From Candidatus Limnocylindrales bacterium (lineage in GTDB: Bacteria > Moduliflexota > Moduliflexia > Moduliflexales > JAUQPW01): a stretch of 64,000 nucleotides of DNA. Below, piece after piece: positions 28,934-38,003 of the stretch. Positions within the stretch are counted from its first letter, which is position 1, and each line of letters opens with the position of its first letter. Below the pieces are notes generated by a model that was given only the letters and a program-made list of their open reading frames with translations, searched no databases and had not been told where the DNA came from. Both the position numbers and the translations under genes were made by a program. The stretch is taken from positions 132,475-196,474 of the forward strand of contig DATMBG010000037.1 of the NCBI GenBank assembly GCA_035559535.1, in the 5' to 3' direction.

Positions 28934-29398
28934 TTACCCTTCTACTTCCACAATCATCTCGATTTCTACGGGTATATTTCGAGGTAAAGAACCCATTCCA
29001 ACAGCCGAACGTGCATGCCTGCCCCGATCTCCAAAGATAGCCACCAGGAGATCTGAACAACCGTTTATGACTTCAGGATGATTGGTAAAAGACGGATCGG
29101 CATTGACCATACCCAACACTTTGACAATCCGTTTAACTTTGTTCAGATCTCCGATTTCGGCTTTAAGGGAAGATAGCAGGTTGATGGCCACCAGCCGTGC
29201 CGCTTCTTTTCCCTGCTCCAAATCTATCTCACGTCCCACCTTACCGATTACCATGCCCCCTTCCGGCTTTCTCGGTCCATGTCCGGCAAGAAAGATCAGA
29301 TTTCCGGTACGTACTGCATGGACATAATTTGCCAGAGGGCGGTCCGGGGTATGAAGGGTTACTCCTAATTCCTTGAGCCGCTGCTCAACATCGACCAT
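28934..29398 (-). CDS. RidA/YjgF/TdcF family reactive-intermediate deaminase
   Basis: A 154-aa protein with the conserved FLAGHGPRKPEGGMV and ARLVAINLL region and a C-terminal PVEIE. The length and motifs fit the chorismate-mutase-like RidA fold. Confidence 0.8.
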   Translation of the reverse strand: MVDVEQRLKELGVTLHTPDRPLANYVHAVRTGNLIFLAGHGPRKPEGGMVIGKVGREIDLEQGKEAARLVAINLLSSLKAEIGDLNKVKRIVKVLGMVNADPSFTNHPEVINGCSDLLVAIFGDRGRHARSAVGMGSLPRNIPVEIEMIVEVEG

Positions 29399-29546
29399 AC
29401 GTTTTTATCCTTTCAGGGTTCTGGCTTTGCCTGGTTTTTGTTTAAGACCAGACAAAATCAACAGTCTTATCCTTTTAGTCTCCTGAGTGAATCTTATCAA
29501 CTCTTCCAAAAAGACAAACGAGGACGTTTGTCCTACTCTTACTTGT

Positions 29547-31184
29547 TTAGGGAAATAAAGAAAACGTAATTTCTTTGGCAGTAAGGAATTCCAGTAAGAC
29601 GGGAATGCCCTCTTTTGTTTTCTGGATACCTCGTTTGATGGCCGGGATGATTTCATCGGGGGTAGAAATCCGTTCTCCGTATCCACCGAAGGCTTTGGCC
29701 ATATCGGCATAATTCCCGGATATATCGGTACTGCGATATTTCTCTGTAGAGATCGGCATAACCGGCAGCTCCATGGCCATGGAGAAGTTGTTGAATAGAA
29801 TAGAAAGGATAGGTATGCGTTCCCGGACTGCGGTTTCAAAATCCATACCTGTAAAACCAATGGCAGCATCTCCCCAGACGTTGATGCACAACTTGTCCGG
29901 TTTGGCCAGCTTGGCACCCATGATCAGCCCGAGTCCGTAGCCCAGTTGGGTGGTCTTACCCCAACCCAGATAAGAAAGAGGGGTAACCGATTCCCAGAAA
30001 GGTGAAAGCTGATCTCGGGGACTTCCTGCATCATGGGTAATGATGGTATTGGCCACATCGACTGTGTGTAACAGATCCCAGATTACTCGATAAGGAGAAA
30101 GGGGAACATCCTTAGAAGTTAGCTTGGGCATCCATTTGGCCAGCCATTCCCCCTTGATGGTTTTGATTTCTTGAATTACCTGCTCTGCACGACCTCGGGG
30201 TTTACCTCCTAACTGGTCTCGAATTTCGGTTACTAAGGCCTCGAGGGTCAATCGGGCATCTCCGATCAGAGCATATTCTACTGCCACATCTTTGTTAATA
30301 TCCGCCGGATCCAGCGTAGCCTGGATAATGGTTTTGCCTTTGGGTATCTTCACCCCAAAGTTAGTGGTACTGAAACTACATCCAATACCAAAAATCACAT
30401 CGGCCTTCTGGAGGAAGTCATAAACCGTTTGGGGCATGGACTTACCGCCAGAACCTAAGGACAGAGGATGATTTTCCGGAAAAGCACTTTTACCTCCCAG
30501 GCTGGTAGTAACCGGCGCTTCTAGTAGTTCCGCTAATTCACGCAAAGCCTGCCAGCCTTTTGCATAATGAACCCCCTGTCCTGCATAGATAACCGGTCGC
30601 TGGGCATTGAGTAAAACCCGGGCCACCCTTTGGACTTCGAGTACGTCGGGTGCATAGCGCAATTTAGGTGTGGGACGATAATTTAAAGGTTCCGGGACTT
30701 CCTCTGCAAAAAGATCACTGGGAATTTCTACCAATGCCGGACGCGGTCGACCGTTTTTCACCTGGGTAAAAGCACGGCGTAAGGCATCCGGTAAGGCTTG
30801 AGGTAGAATAACCTGTTCACAAGACTTGGTCACATGGCGATAATTAATAAAAGAATTGAAATTAGGAGGGATATTGGTTATGGTACGGGGATACCCCATG
30901 GGCAGTACCACGATAGGTACCGAATCCCCGTAGGCCTGGGCTACCCCCCCAAAAGCGTTTTCCGACCCGGGCCCGCTTTGCATGCAGAACACCCCGATTT
31001 TCTCACCTGACGTCACCCGACTGAGGGCATCGGCCATATGAAGGCCTACACGCTCCTGACGGACGATGATGGGACGAATCCCTACCTTTGCGGCACCCTC
31101 GATAATATGGTTGACCGGATAAGCAAACAGGTATTCTACCCCCTCTATCTTTAAAATTTGACCGATGGCATCAGCAACTTTCAT
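29547..31184 (-). CDS. Thiamine pyrophosphate-dependent enzyme (acetolactate synthase / sulfoacetaldehyde acetyltransferase-like)
   Basis: An N-terminal pyrimidine-binding domain, a central domain and a C-terminal TPP-binding region (GDAAIGFTGMDFETAV). The length is 545 aa. The specific substrate cannot be determined from sequence alone. Confidence 0.7.
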   Translation of the reverse strand: MKVADAIGQILKIEGVEYLFAYPVNHIIEGAAKVGIRPIIVRQERVGLHMADALSRVTSGEKIGVFCMQSGPGSENAFGGVAQAYGDSVPIVVLPMGYPRTITNIPPNFNSFINYRHVTKSCEQVILPQALPDALRRAFTQVKNGRPRPALVEIPSDLFAEEVPEPLNYRPTPKLRYAPDVLEVQRVARVLLNAQRPVIYAGQGVHYAKGWQALRELAELLEAPVTTSLGGKSAFPENHPLSLGSGGKSMPQTVYDFLQKADVIFGIGCSFSTTNFGVKIPKGKTIIQATLDPADINKDVAVEYALIGDARLTLEALVTEIRDQLGGKPRGRAEQVIQEIKTIKGEWLAKWMPKLTSKDVPLSPYRVIWDLLHTVDVANTIITHDAGSPRDQLSPFWESVTPLSYLGWGKTTQLGYGLGLIMGAKLAKPDKLCINVWGDAAIGFTGMDFETAVRERIPILSILFNNFSMAMELPVMPISTEKYRSTDISGNYADMAKAFGGYGERISTPDEIIPAIKRGIQKTKEGIPVLLEFLTAKEITFSLFP

Positions 31185-31287
31185 TCTCTTTCTCCTTTCC
31201 GTAATACTTCATTTATAGCCATAAAAGCCTTTCTACACCTGGGGACGACCCGTGGGTCACTTCCCCCCGCGTTATATCCAAAGTACA

Positions 31288-31310
31288 GGCGGAAGGCCTT
31301 CCGCCCCTAC
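31288..31310. repeat. GC-rich REP-like palindrome GGCGGAAGGCCTTCCGCC + CCTAC
   Basis: An 18-nt perfect palindrome. It shares the motif GGCGG(A/G)AGGCCT(T/C)CCGCCCCTAC with the 44-nt palindrome at 37960-38003. Confidence 0.7.
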
Positions 31311-31457
31311 GGTAATGTCATAGCCTTTTCATAGGAATGGGTATTTTTGGGAATAAAAGAGGATCAAGCAAAAAGGTATGTTTCATGGGAGTAATTGTCA
31401 AGGAAAATGGGTTTTTCTACGCTTTAGCTATCTATTCCATGGACCTGAGCCATGCCG

Positions 31458-32798
31458 TTAATATCCCATGTCTTCTGCTAACGCGTCATTCAAGCTGGTA
31501 TTGAACCGATCCAGGTGTTCTCCCGTCATAGCCGTCGAGATACAGCCCAACCCTCTGGAAGCCAGGAAGATCCCTCGATTCAGGAGAGAGAAGAAAAGTT
31601 GATTTCGGCTTTTCATATCTCCTCGTTGGGCCGATCGATAATCCAGGATTTCTTCTGTTGAGAAGTGGATATTAAAGAGAGAGCCAACCCCGGTCACCTG
31701 AGCCTTAACACCCCGTTTTTTGAAGGTCTCGGTGATCATAGTTCGGAGTTTTTCTCCCATCTGGTTAATTCGATCCATGGCTTCAGGGGTCAACGCCTCC
31801 ATAGCGGCCAATCCGGCGGCCATACCTACGGGAGTTCCATTAAAGGTACCGCTGTGGGGAATTCTGGGAGTTCCATTTCTTGGATCCATCAGGGCCATAA
31901 TGTCTTCGCATCCACCAAAAGCTGCAACTGGATAACCCCCGCTGATAATTTTTCCTAAAGTCGTCAGATCGGGGCGAATGCCATACATTTCTTGAGCTCC
32001 ACCCAAACGGACCCGGAAGGAGATGATCTCGTCGAAAATCAATAAGATTCCATATTGTCGGGTAATCTCTCGAAGGAACTGCAGGTATTCTTTCCTGGCC
32101 GGGATTATACCCCCTGCTCCCAGGATGGGTTCGATAAGCACACAGGCAAGCTCATGTTTATGTTTCATAATCAGACGCTCGCTGTTTTTCTGATCATTGA
32201 AGGGAAGGATAACCATCTGCCCGGGGATGGCCGGTGAGATTCCTACAGCATCCGGGATAACAGCCGGAGATTCCACAGGACCGACCTGATCTAAAGGAGG
32301 ATGCATACTCATAAGGGCATAATCGTAAGAGCCATGAAACCCTCCTTCAATCTTGGCGATCTTGTGTCTTCCTGTAAATCCTTGAGCCAGTCGAAGGGCA
32401 AACATAATGGCCTCTGAACCGGAGGAAGCAAAGCGGATCCGTTCGATGGAAGGAACCCGCGAGATGAGAAGTTCGGCAAGTTTGATCTCCTGTTCCGTTG
32501 GAGCACCAAAGCACGACCCTTTTTGGATTTGTCTGGCAACGGCTTCTGTGATTTTTGGATGATGGTATCCATGGATCAGGGAGGTATAATTACCCAGGAA
32601 ATCTACACGCTCGTTTCCATCCACATCGTAAAGCATACAACCCTCCCCACGTTCCATATACACAGGAAAAGGCTGGAAATAAGTACTGGTTCGTGTAATA
32701 CCTCCTGCAAGGGAATTTTGGGCCCTTTGGTAGAGCTGCATCGACTTTTTATTCTTCTCTATATACCGTTGGACAACTTTTTCTATGGGAATGTCCAT
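31458..32798 (-). CDS. Class III (omega) aminotransferase, glutamate-1-semialdehyde aminomutase-like
   Basis: PLP fold-type I class III motifs are present: SGSEAIMFALRLA and DEIISFRVRLGGAQEMYGI, with the lysine region GKIISGG. Confidence 0.8.
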   Translation of the reverse strand: MDIPIEKVVQRYIEKNKKSMQLYQRAQNSLAGGITRTSTYFQPFPVYMERGEGCMLYDVDGNERVDFLGNYTSLIHGYHHPKITEAVARQIQKGSCFGAPTEQEIKLAELLISRVPSIERIRFASSGSEAIMFALRLAQGFTGRHKIAKIEGGFHGSYDYALMSMHPPLDQVGPVESPAVIPDAVGISPAIPGQMVILPFNDQKNSERLIMKHKHELACVLIEPILGAGGIIPARKEYLQFLREITRQYGILLIFDEIISFRVRLGGAQEMYGIRPDLTTLGKIISGGYPVAAFGGCEDIMALMDPRNGTPRIPHSGTFNGTPVGMAAGLAAMEALTPEAMDRINQMGEKLRTMITETFKKRGVKAQVTGVGSLFNIHFSTEEILDYRSAQRGDMKSRNQLFFSLLNRGIFLASRGLGCISTAMTGEHLDRFNTSLNDALAEDMGY

Positions 32799-32897
32799 AA
32801 TTTAAAGGGTCAAAAATTGGAAGCCAGAAGAAGGAATCTTGACCGACCTTCGACGTCTGATTTCTAACTTCTAACCCCTGCTGCCTGCGTTTCCTGA

Positions 32898-33602
32898 TTA
32901 TACGGCCAGATATCGCCTCTTGATTTCTTCGTTTTCGGAAAGCTCTTGAATATTCCCGTGATAACGGATCCGTCCATCGTCGATGACATAACCACGATCT
33001 GATAGCTTCATGGCAAATTTAGAATTTTGCTCGGCCAGAAGGACGGTAACTCCTTCCTGTTTGATCCGTTGGATAAGTTCTCCAAGCATTTTAACAATGA
33101 GCGGGGCCAGACCCTCCGAAGGTTCATCCAACAGAAGGAGGTCCGGATTTCCCATCAACGTACGGGCAATGGTCAACATTTGCTGCTCGCCGCCACTGAG
33201 GTGAAGACCTCGTCGCGCCTGGAGTTGCTGAAGCTTTGGAAAGATCTCAAAGATCTTCTCAATCGTCCACTCCTCTCGGCCATTCCGGGGTTTTCGCTGG
33301 GCTACTTTTAAGTTTTCAAGTACCGTTAAATCTGAGTAGATCCTTCGATCTTCAGGGACAAAACCAATTCCCAATCGGGCGATTTGAAAAGGACGCTTTC
33401 CGACGATTTCAATACCTTTAAATCGGATACTTCCGGATCTTGGAGGAGTTAAACCCATGATACTCCGAAAAGTGGTGGTCTTCCCGGCACCATTTCGACC
33501 CAACAGACAAACGGTTTCCCCTTTATCAACCTGGAGAGAAACATCATGCAAGATATGACTCATCCCATAAAACGTGTTAATATGTGAAACTTCCAAAATC
33601 AC
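32898..33602 (-). CDS. livF: Branched-chain amino acid ABC transporter ATP-binding protein
   Basis: GRNGAGKTT Walker A and LSGGEQQML signature. The 4-bp overlap with livG is typical of livG/livF. Confidence 0.85.
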   Translation of the reverse strand: MILEVSHINTFYGMSHILHDVSLQVDKGETVCLLGRNGAGKTTTFRSIMGLTPPRSGSIRFKGIEIVGKRPFQIARLGIGFVPEDRRIYSDLTVLENLKVAQRKPRNGREEWTIEKIFEIFPKLQQLQARRGLHLSGGEQQMLTIARTLMGNPDLLLLDEPSEGLAPLIVKMLGELIQRIKQEGVTVLLAEQNSKFAMKLSDRGYVIDDGRIRYHGNIQELSENEEIKRRYLAV

Positions 33603-34351
33603 GGAACCTCTCCCAAATAGGCTTCAATAACCCGTTCGTTATATCGAATATCTTGAGGTTTTCCCTCTGCAATAATGCGGCCTTGATGCAAAACCGAAAT
33701 TCTATCTGAAATGGAGAAAACAATCTCCATATCGTGTTCGGTAAAAACAATGGTAATTGCCAGCTCTTGACAAACTTTTTTGATAAGCTCTACGGTTTGA
33801 GCAGTATCTTCTGGGGACATTCCTGCCGTGGGTTCGTCTAAGAGCATCAACGTGGGTTGATTGGCCAGAGCTATAGCCATCTCCAACCGTTTCTGATCCC
33901 CGTGGGACAGAGCAGTAGCGGGGAGATAGGCCTTCTCCGTCAGACCGATACTCTCCAAAACCTTATAAACTTCTTCATTTACCTTGGGAATTTTCTTGGC
34001 CGGGGTGATAAAATTCAGACTTTTTCCAATACGAGATAGTACCGGAATCATGACATTTTCAAAGACGGTTAACTTGGGGAAGATATTGGTGATCTGAAAA
34101 GATCGGCTGATTCCATAACGGAGGATTTTAGGAACCGGAAGGTTTGTAATATCTTCTCCCCGGAAGAGGATTTGTCCGGAGTCTACCGGAATTCGTCCGG
34201 AGATCAGGTTGAAAAGGGTTGTCTTTCCGGCCCCATTGGGGCCGATAATGGCCCGGATTTCTCCTTCCTCAACCGAAAGATTTACCTGATCTACAGCCCG
34301 GAGCTCTCCAAAGCTTTTCGTCAATTGTTTGGTTTCAAGAATAACCGCCAC
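33599..34351 (-). CDS. livG: Branched-chain amino acid ABC transporter ATP-binding protein
   Basis: GPNGAGKTT, LSHGDQKRLEMAIAL and LLDEPTAGM motifs. It has the LivG-type C-terminal extension and a GTG start. Confidence 0.85.
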   Translation of the reverse strand: MAVILETKQLTKSFGELRAVDQVNLSVEEGEIRAIIGPNGAGKTTLFNLISGRIPVDSGQILFRGEDITNLPVPKILRYGISRSFQITNIFPKLTVFENVMIPVLSRIGKSLNFITPAKKIPKVNEEVYKVLESIGLTEKAYLPATALSHGDQKRLEMAIALANQPTLMLLDEPTAGMSPEDTAQTVELIKKVCQELAITIVFTEHDMEIVFSISDRISVLHQGRIIAEGKPQDIRYNERVIEAYLGEVP

Positions 34352-34366
34352 GGCCCAGGAACTACC

Positions 34367-34444
34367 TTGTATGGGAGTGGGAGAGTATGGGGTATAGGAA
34401 GATTTACATCCTTACTCCCCCACTCCCATACTCCCATACCCCCC
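34367..34444. repeat. Hairpin-forming tandem octamer repeat element, copy 4 (short), inside the liv operon between livM and livG
   Basis: TGTATGGGAGTGGGAGAGTATGGGGTATAGGAAG, the loop ATTTACAT, then the reverse complement. Confidence 0.8.
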
Positions 34445-34446
34445 TT

Positions 34447-35424
34447 CTACACGCCTATCCTTCTACCCCCTCGCGCTATTCTACTCCACAGAGTTCTCAA
34501 GAATCCCATCACTCCACCGGGTAAGAAAATGACCAGGAAAACAAGGGTTACACCGAAGTAAATTTCCCAGAAATCGGTATGGGAGATGATATAATCTTTT
34601 AACAGAAGAAACAGCCAGGATCCCAAGATAGGACCAAGAAATACTTCACTTCCGCCCAGAAGGGTCATTAAAACAGGCTCTGCAGATTTCGTCCAGCCCA
34701 CCACATCCGGGGATACAGTACTGGCGAAGGGTGCATAAAGCGCCCCGGCCAATCCAGCAAAGCAACCTGCAATGGAAAAGGCGATCAATTGAAATTTTTT
34801 CACTTCAAGACCTGAGAAATTTACCCTTTCTAAATTCTCTCGAATTCCCCGTAATATATATCCCAGAGGAGAATGTACTATTTTCCAAAGCAGAAAGGTA
34901 GAAAGGATAAAAAAGACCAGGACAAAATAATAATAATACAGAGGAGAAGCCAAATCCAGGGAGATCAATCCAAAAAAGCTAACAGTGGGTTTAGGAACCC
35001 CCACCAGGCCATTATCTCCACCAGTCACATCGTACCATTTAAAAGCGATGGCATAAACCATCTGACCAAAGGCGAGGGTCAGCATGGAAAAGTAGATCCC
35101 GGTCAATCGTACGCAGAAAAATCCTATAGCGAATGCCGAGAGGGTTGCAAAAATAACCCCCACTAAAATGGCCAGCCAGAAGGAAGAAGAAATCTTCATC
35201 AACATAAGTCCACAGACATAAGCGCCGATACCAAAGTAAGCAGCCTGTCCAAAGGAGAGGAGACCTGTATAGCCGAACAGCAGATTAAAGCTGGTGGCTA
35301 AAAGGGCCATGATGAGGATTTCAATATAAAGAAGAAGTTTAAATGCGGAAACCCAGTAAGGCAAATAAATCCACACACCTATGAATAGAAGCCAGCCGAT
35401 CAGGGGGAAAGAGGAAGATTTCAA
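34447..35424 (-). CDS. livM: Branched-chain amino acid ABC transporter permease
   Basis: A polytopic membrane protein of 325 aa with LivM-like conserved segments (LLFGYTGLLSFGQAAYFGIGAY). It sits between livH and livG. Confidence 0.8.
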   Translation of the reverse strand: MKSSSFPLIGWLLFIGVWIYLPYWVSAFKLLLYIEILIMALLATSFNLLFGYTGLLSFGQAAYFGIGAYVCGLMLMKISSSFWLAILVGVIFATLSAFAIGFFCVRLTGIYFSMLTLAFGQMVYAIAFKWYDVTGGDNGLVGVPKPTVSFFGLISLDLASPLYYYYFVLVFFILSTFLLWKIVHSPLGYILRGIRENLERVNFSGLEVKKFQLIAFSIAGCFAGLAGALYAPFASTVSPDVVGWTKSAEPVLMTLLGGSEVFLGPILGSWLFLLLKDYIISHTDFWEIYFGVTLVFLVIFLPGGVMGFLRTLWSRIARGGRRIGV

Positions 35425-35497
35425 TTTCTCTGTCCTATATCACAGGTAACATTTAATCCAGGTAACCGACTATAGTTTACCTATGACCTTTTATTCT

Positions 35498-36373
35498 TTA
35501 AATCCTTGCTTTTCCAACCAATCCTTGAGGTCTTGTAATTAAGATAATCGCCGTCAAAATAAAAATGAAAGCAATATTAAATCGGGGGATAATCAAAATT
35601 CCGAAAGATTCCAACTGACCTATGATTAAAGAGCCCAGAAAAGCCCCTTGTAAATTTCCCAGTCCGCCTACAATGACTACCACAAAGGCATCGATAATGA
35701 TATTGATTCCCATACCGGGAGAAACCGTCCGAATGGGGCCAACCAGTGCACCACCCAGTGCAGCCAGACAAGAGCCCAGCATAAATACCAGGGTAAATAA
35801 GGCGGGAACATTGATCCCGAGGGCATCGGTCATTTCCCGATCTAAGGAAGCAGCCCGAATAAACATCCCCAACCTGGTTTTATAGACGAGCACCCAGAGT
35901 CCCAGGGCTACCAGGGGGCCTAGGAAGATGATAAACAGGTCGTAGGCCGGGTAGGCGTCTCCAAAAAATTTTACAGATCCCGACAGAGCCTGAGGCTTTG
36001 GAACAACTTTATAATCGGTCCCCCAGGTCATTTTTACTAAATCGTCCAGGATGAGAATCAATCCGTAGGTCAAAAGAAGTTGATAGGCATGGGGGCGGCG
36101 ATAAACGGGTCGGAGGAAGACAATTTCGATAATCCCACCTATGATTCCTACACTTAGAACCGACAGCAAAAGGGCAAGCCAGAATCCCATGGAAAGATTC
36201 TGGAAGTATTGAAGAAACGTAAAAGCGCCATAAGCCCCCAACATATATAAGGAACCATGGGCAAAATTCAAAACGCCGAGAACTCCGAATACCAGGCTTA
36301 ATCCAGATGAAATCAAAGACAAGACCATCCCATAGTTAAGCCCGTTTAGGAACTGAAGGAAGAGAAAGGCCAT
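35498..36373 (-). CDS. livH: Branched-chain amino acid ABC transporter permease
   Basis: LivH-like N-terminus (FLQFLNGLNYGMVLSLISSGLSLVFGVLGVLNFAHGS) starting at the internal Met. The ORF-track start at 36472 would run into the octamer repeat array. Confidence 0.75.
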   Translation of the reverse strand: MAFLFLQFLNGLNYGMVLSLISSGLSLVFGVLGVLNFAHGSLYMLGAYGAFTFLQYFQNLSMGFWLALLLSVLSVGIIGGIIEIVFLRPVYRRPHAYQLLLTYGLILILDDLVKMTWGTDYKVVPKPQALSGSVKFFGDAYPAYDLFIIFLGPLVALGLWVLVYKTRLGMFIRAASLDREMTDALGINVPALFTLVFMLGSCLAALGGALVGPIRTVSPGMGINIIIDAFVVVIVGGLGNLQGAFLGSLIIGQLESFGILIIPRFNIAFIFILTAIILITRPQGLVGKARI

Positions 36374-36465
36374 TAGTATTTGGGACGCGGAGACACGGGG
36401 ATGCAGAAATGCGAGGACAAAGAGATAAGAAAAAAGATGATTACCAATACCTTCATGCCCTTGAA

Positions 36466-36547
36466 TCCCCACGTCTCATATCCCCGTGTCCCTGTGTTTC
36501 CGTGTCCCCATGTCCCCGTGTCTCCGCGTCCCCGTGTCCCCGCGTCT
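36466..36547. repeat. Tandem octamer array (CCGTGTCC / CCCCGTGT units, about 9 copies), single arm
   Basis: CCCACGTCTCATATCCCCGTGTCCCTGTGTTTCCGTGTCCCCATGTCCCCGTGTCTCCGCGTCCCCGTGTCCCCGCGTCTC. The C4-N4 periodicity gives G4-N4 runs on the minus strand. Confidence 0.8.
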
Positions 36548-36552
36548 CTAAA

Positions 36553-37806
36553 TTACTGCATCTTACACCCTGTTTCCTCTACCGGCGGAGTTGCCTTCGA
36601 ACCCGGAACGATTACGTACTCGACCAATGCTGGGAAGGGGTATTTTTTACTGGGCCCTAACCGTCCCCAGACCACATCTTCTACGACTTGATGATCTTCC
36701 GGTCGGATGTATTTTGTACCTTCCGGAGCTTCAAAACTAAGCCCTTCTCCGGCTTTGATCAGTGCCTCTACATCGAGACTACCTGCTTTTTCTACCATGG
36801 CTTTGATAAAATAGATCCCGGCATAAGTTTCTTCAGCAAGATACTCGGGGTAATCCCCATAAGCTGCTTTATAGGCTTCTATAAACTCTCGATTTTTGGG
36901 CGTATCGGGAATTAATTTATCCTCGGCGAAGGGAAAGTAGCGGCTACTTCCCCAATACTTATCAAAGGGAATTTCGTTGCCCAGGGTTTTAACGACTTCA
37001 TACATAAGTCCGGCCCCGATGGCAAACAACTGAATTTTGTCAAAGAAACCATGGGGTTTGGCCTGTTTAACAAAGTTAATATTTCCTGCAGACCAAAGGG
37101 CTGAGAAAACTGCTTCCGGTTGGGCTTGAAGGACCTGGGTAATATAAGGCGAGTAATCTTCTGCGTTTAACTTGGGCCAGGCCTCTGCTACTACTTCCAC
37201 ATCCGGTTTAAGTTTTTTCAAAGTCCCTATGAAATTATCCCACATGGAATGACCGTACTCATAATCCGGAGCTATGACGGCCCATTTCTTATAAGGTTTT
37301 TCGGCCATAATAAAAGCCGCAGATCGAGAATCCTGAGCGGCATTGTTAGAGGTTCTGAAAAAATACTTATTGCATTTTTCACCGGTAGCCCGGGCCGTAG
37401 CTGCATCCGTTCCAACCAGAATGGTTTTGTTCTCCTTAGCAATCTCCATAACTGCCAAAAGTACTGCGCTGCTGGTGACCCCTATCAGAAAATTGACTTT
37501 ATCTTCCAGAATTAACCTTCTGGCCTGTCGTACGCCGGTATCAGGTTTGGCTTCATCATCTCGAACGATATACTCTACCTTTCTTCCTAAAATCCCTCCT
37601 TTCGCATTGATTTCCTTAACGGCCAGTTCGGCTCCCATGGGGCCTGTTTTCCCGTAACCTGAAAGAGGACCTGATAGAATGGCCAGACCACCAATCTTAA
37701 TAGGAGACTGATCCTGTGCTGCGCTTTGGCCGGGTAAGAAACTTGCTGAAAGAAAAGCAATAGCCGATATAACAGCAATAAAGCATTTAACGGTTTTTAT
37801 AGACAT
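36553..37806 (-). CDS. Branched-chain amino acid ABC transporter substrate-binding protein (LivK/LivJ-like, type I PBP)
   Basis: Signal peptide MSIKTVKCFIAVISAIAFLSASFLPGQSAA, then a Leu/Ile/Val-binding-protein-like fold (GGLAILSGPLSGYGKTGPMGAELAVKEINAKGGILGRKV). It is the first gene of the liv operon. Confidence 0.8.
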   Translation of the reverse strand: MSIKTVKCFIAVISAIAFLSASFLPGQSAAQDQSPIKIGGLAILSGPLSGYGKTGPMGAELAVKEINAKGGILGRKVEYIVRDDEAKPDTGVRQARRLILEDKVNFLIGVTSSAVLLAVMEIAKENKTILVGTDAATARATGEKCNKYFFRTSNNAAQDSRSAAFIMAEKPYKKWAVIAPDYEYGHSMWDNFIGTLKKLKPDVEVVAEAWPKLNAEDYSPYITQVLQAQPEAVFSALWSAGNINFVKQAKPHGFFDKIQLFAIGAGLMYEVVKTLGNEIPFDKYWGSSRYFPFAEDKLIPDTPKNREFIEAYKAAYGDYPEYLAEETYAGIYFIKAMVEKAGSLDVEALIKAGEGLSFEAPEGTKYIRPEDHQVVEDVVWGRLGPSKKYPFPALVEYVIVPGSKATPPVEETGCKMQ

Positions 37807-37899
37807 ATCCTCTCCTTTTCTTGCTTAAATAGTTATTTTACTTTACCCTGAACCTTGATACTTTGTAACGCTGTGTAACTCTCTGTCCTCACCCCCGGG

Positions 37900-38003
37900 C
37901 CCCTCTCCCACAGCGTGGGAGAGGGGAGCCGGCAAATCTCCAGATCAACCCCCCAAGTGCCCCCTCTGTAGGGGCGGGAGGCCTCCCGCCCCTACAGAGG
38001 GGG
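37900..38003. repeat. Cluster of GC-rich perfect palindromes upstream of the liv operon
   Basis: CCCCTCTCCCAC-AGC-GTGGGAGAGGGG at 37900-37926 (12-bp stem). A 44-nt perfect palindrome CCCCCTCTGTAGGGGCGGGAGG|CCTCCCGCCCCTACAGAGGGGG at 37960-38003. Confidence 0.85.

Noticed and set aside
37935-37975. Possible minus-strand sigma-54 promoter (GGGCAC-N5-GGTTGA) upstream of the liv operon, and the GGGCACGTTGTACGTGCCC palindrome at 38114-38134
   Set aside because: The -12 element lacks the conserved GC (TTGC). The second sequence is a symmetric palindrome rather than a -24/-12 arrangement. Neither is convincing without a PWM score.
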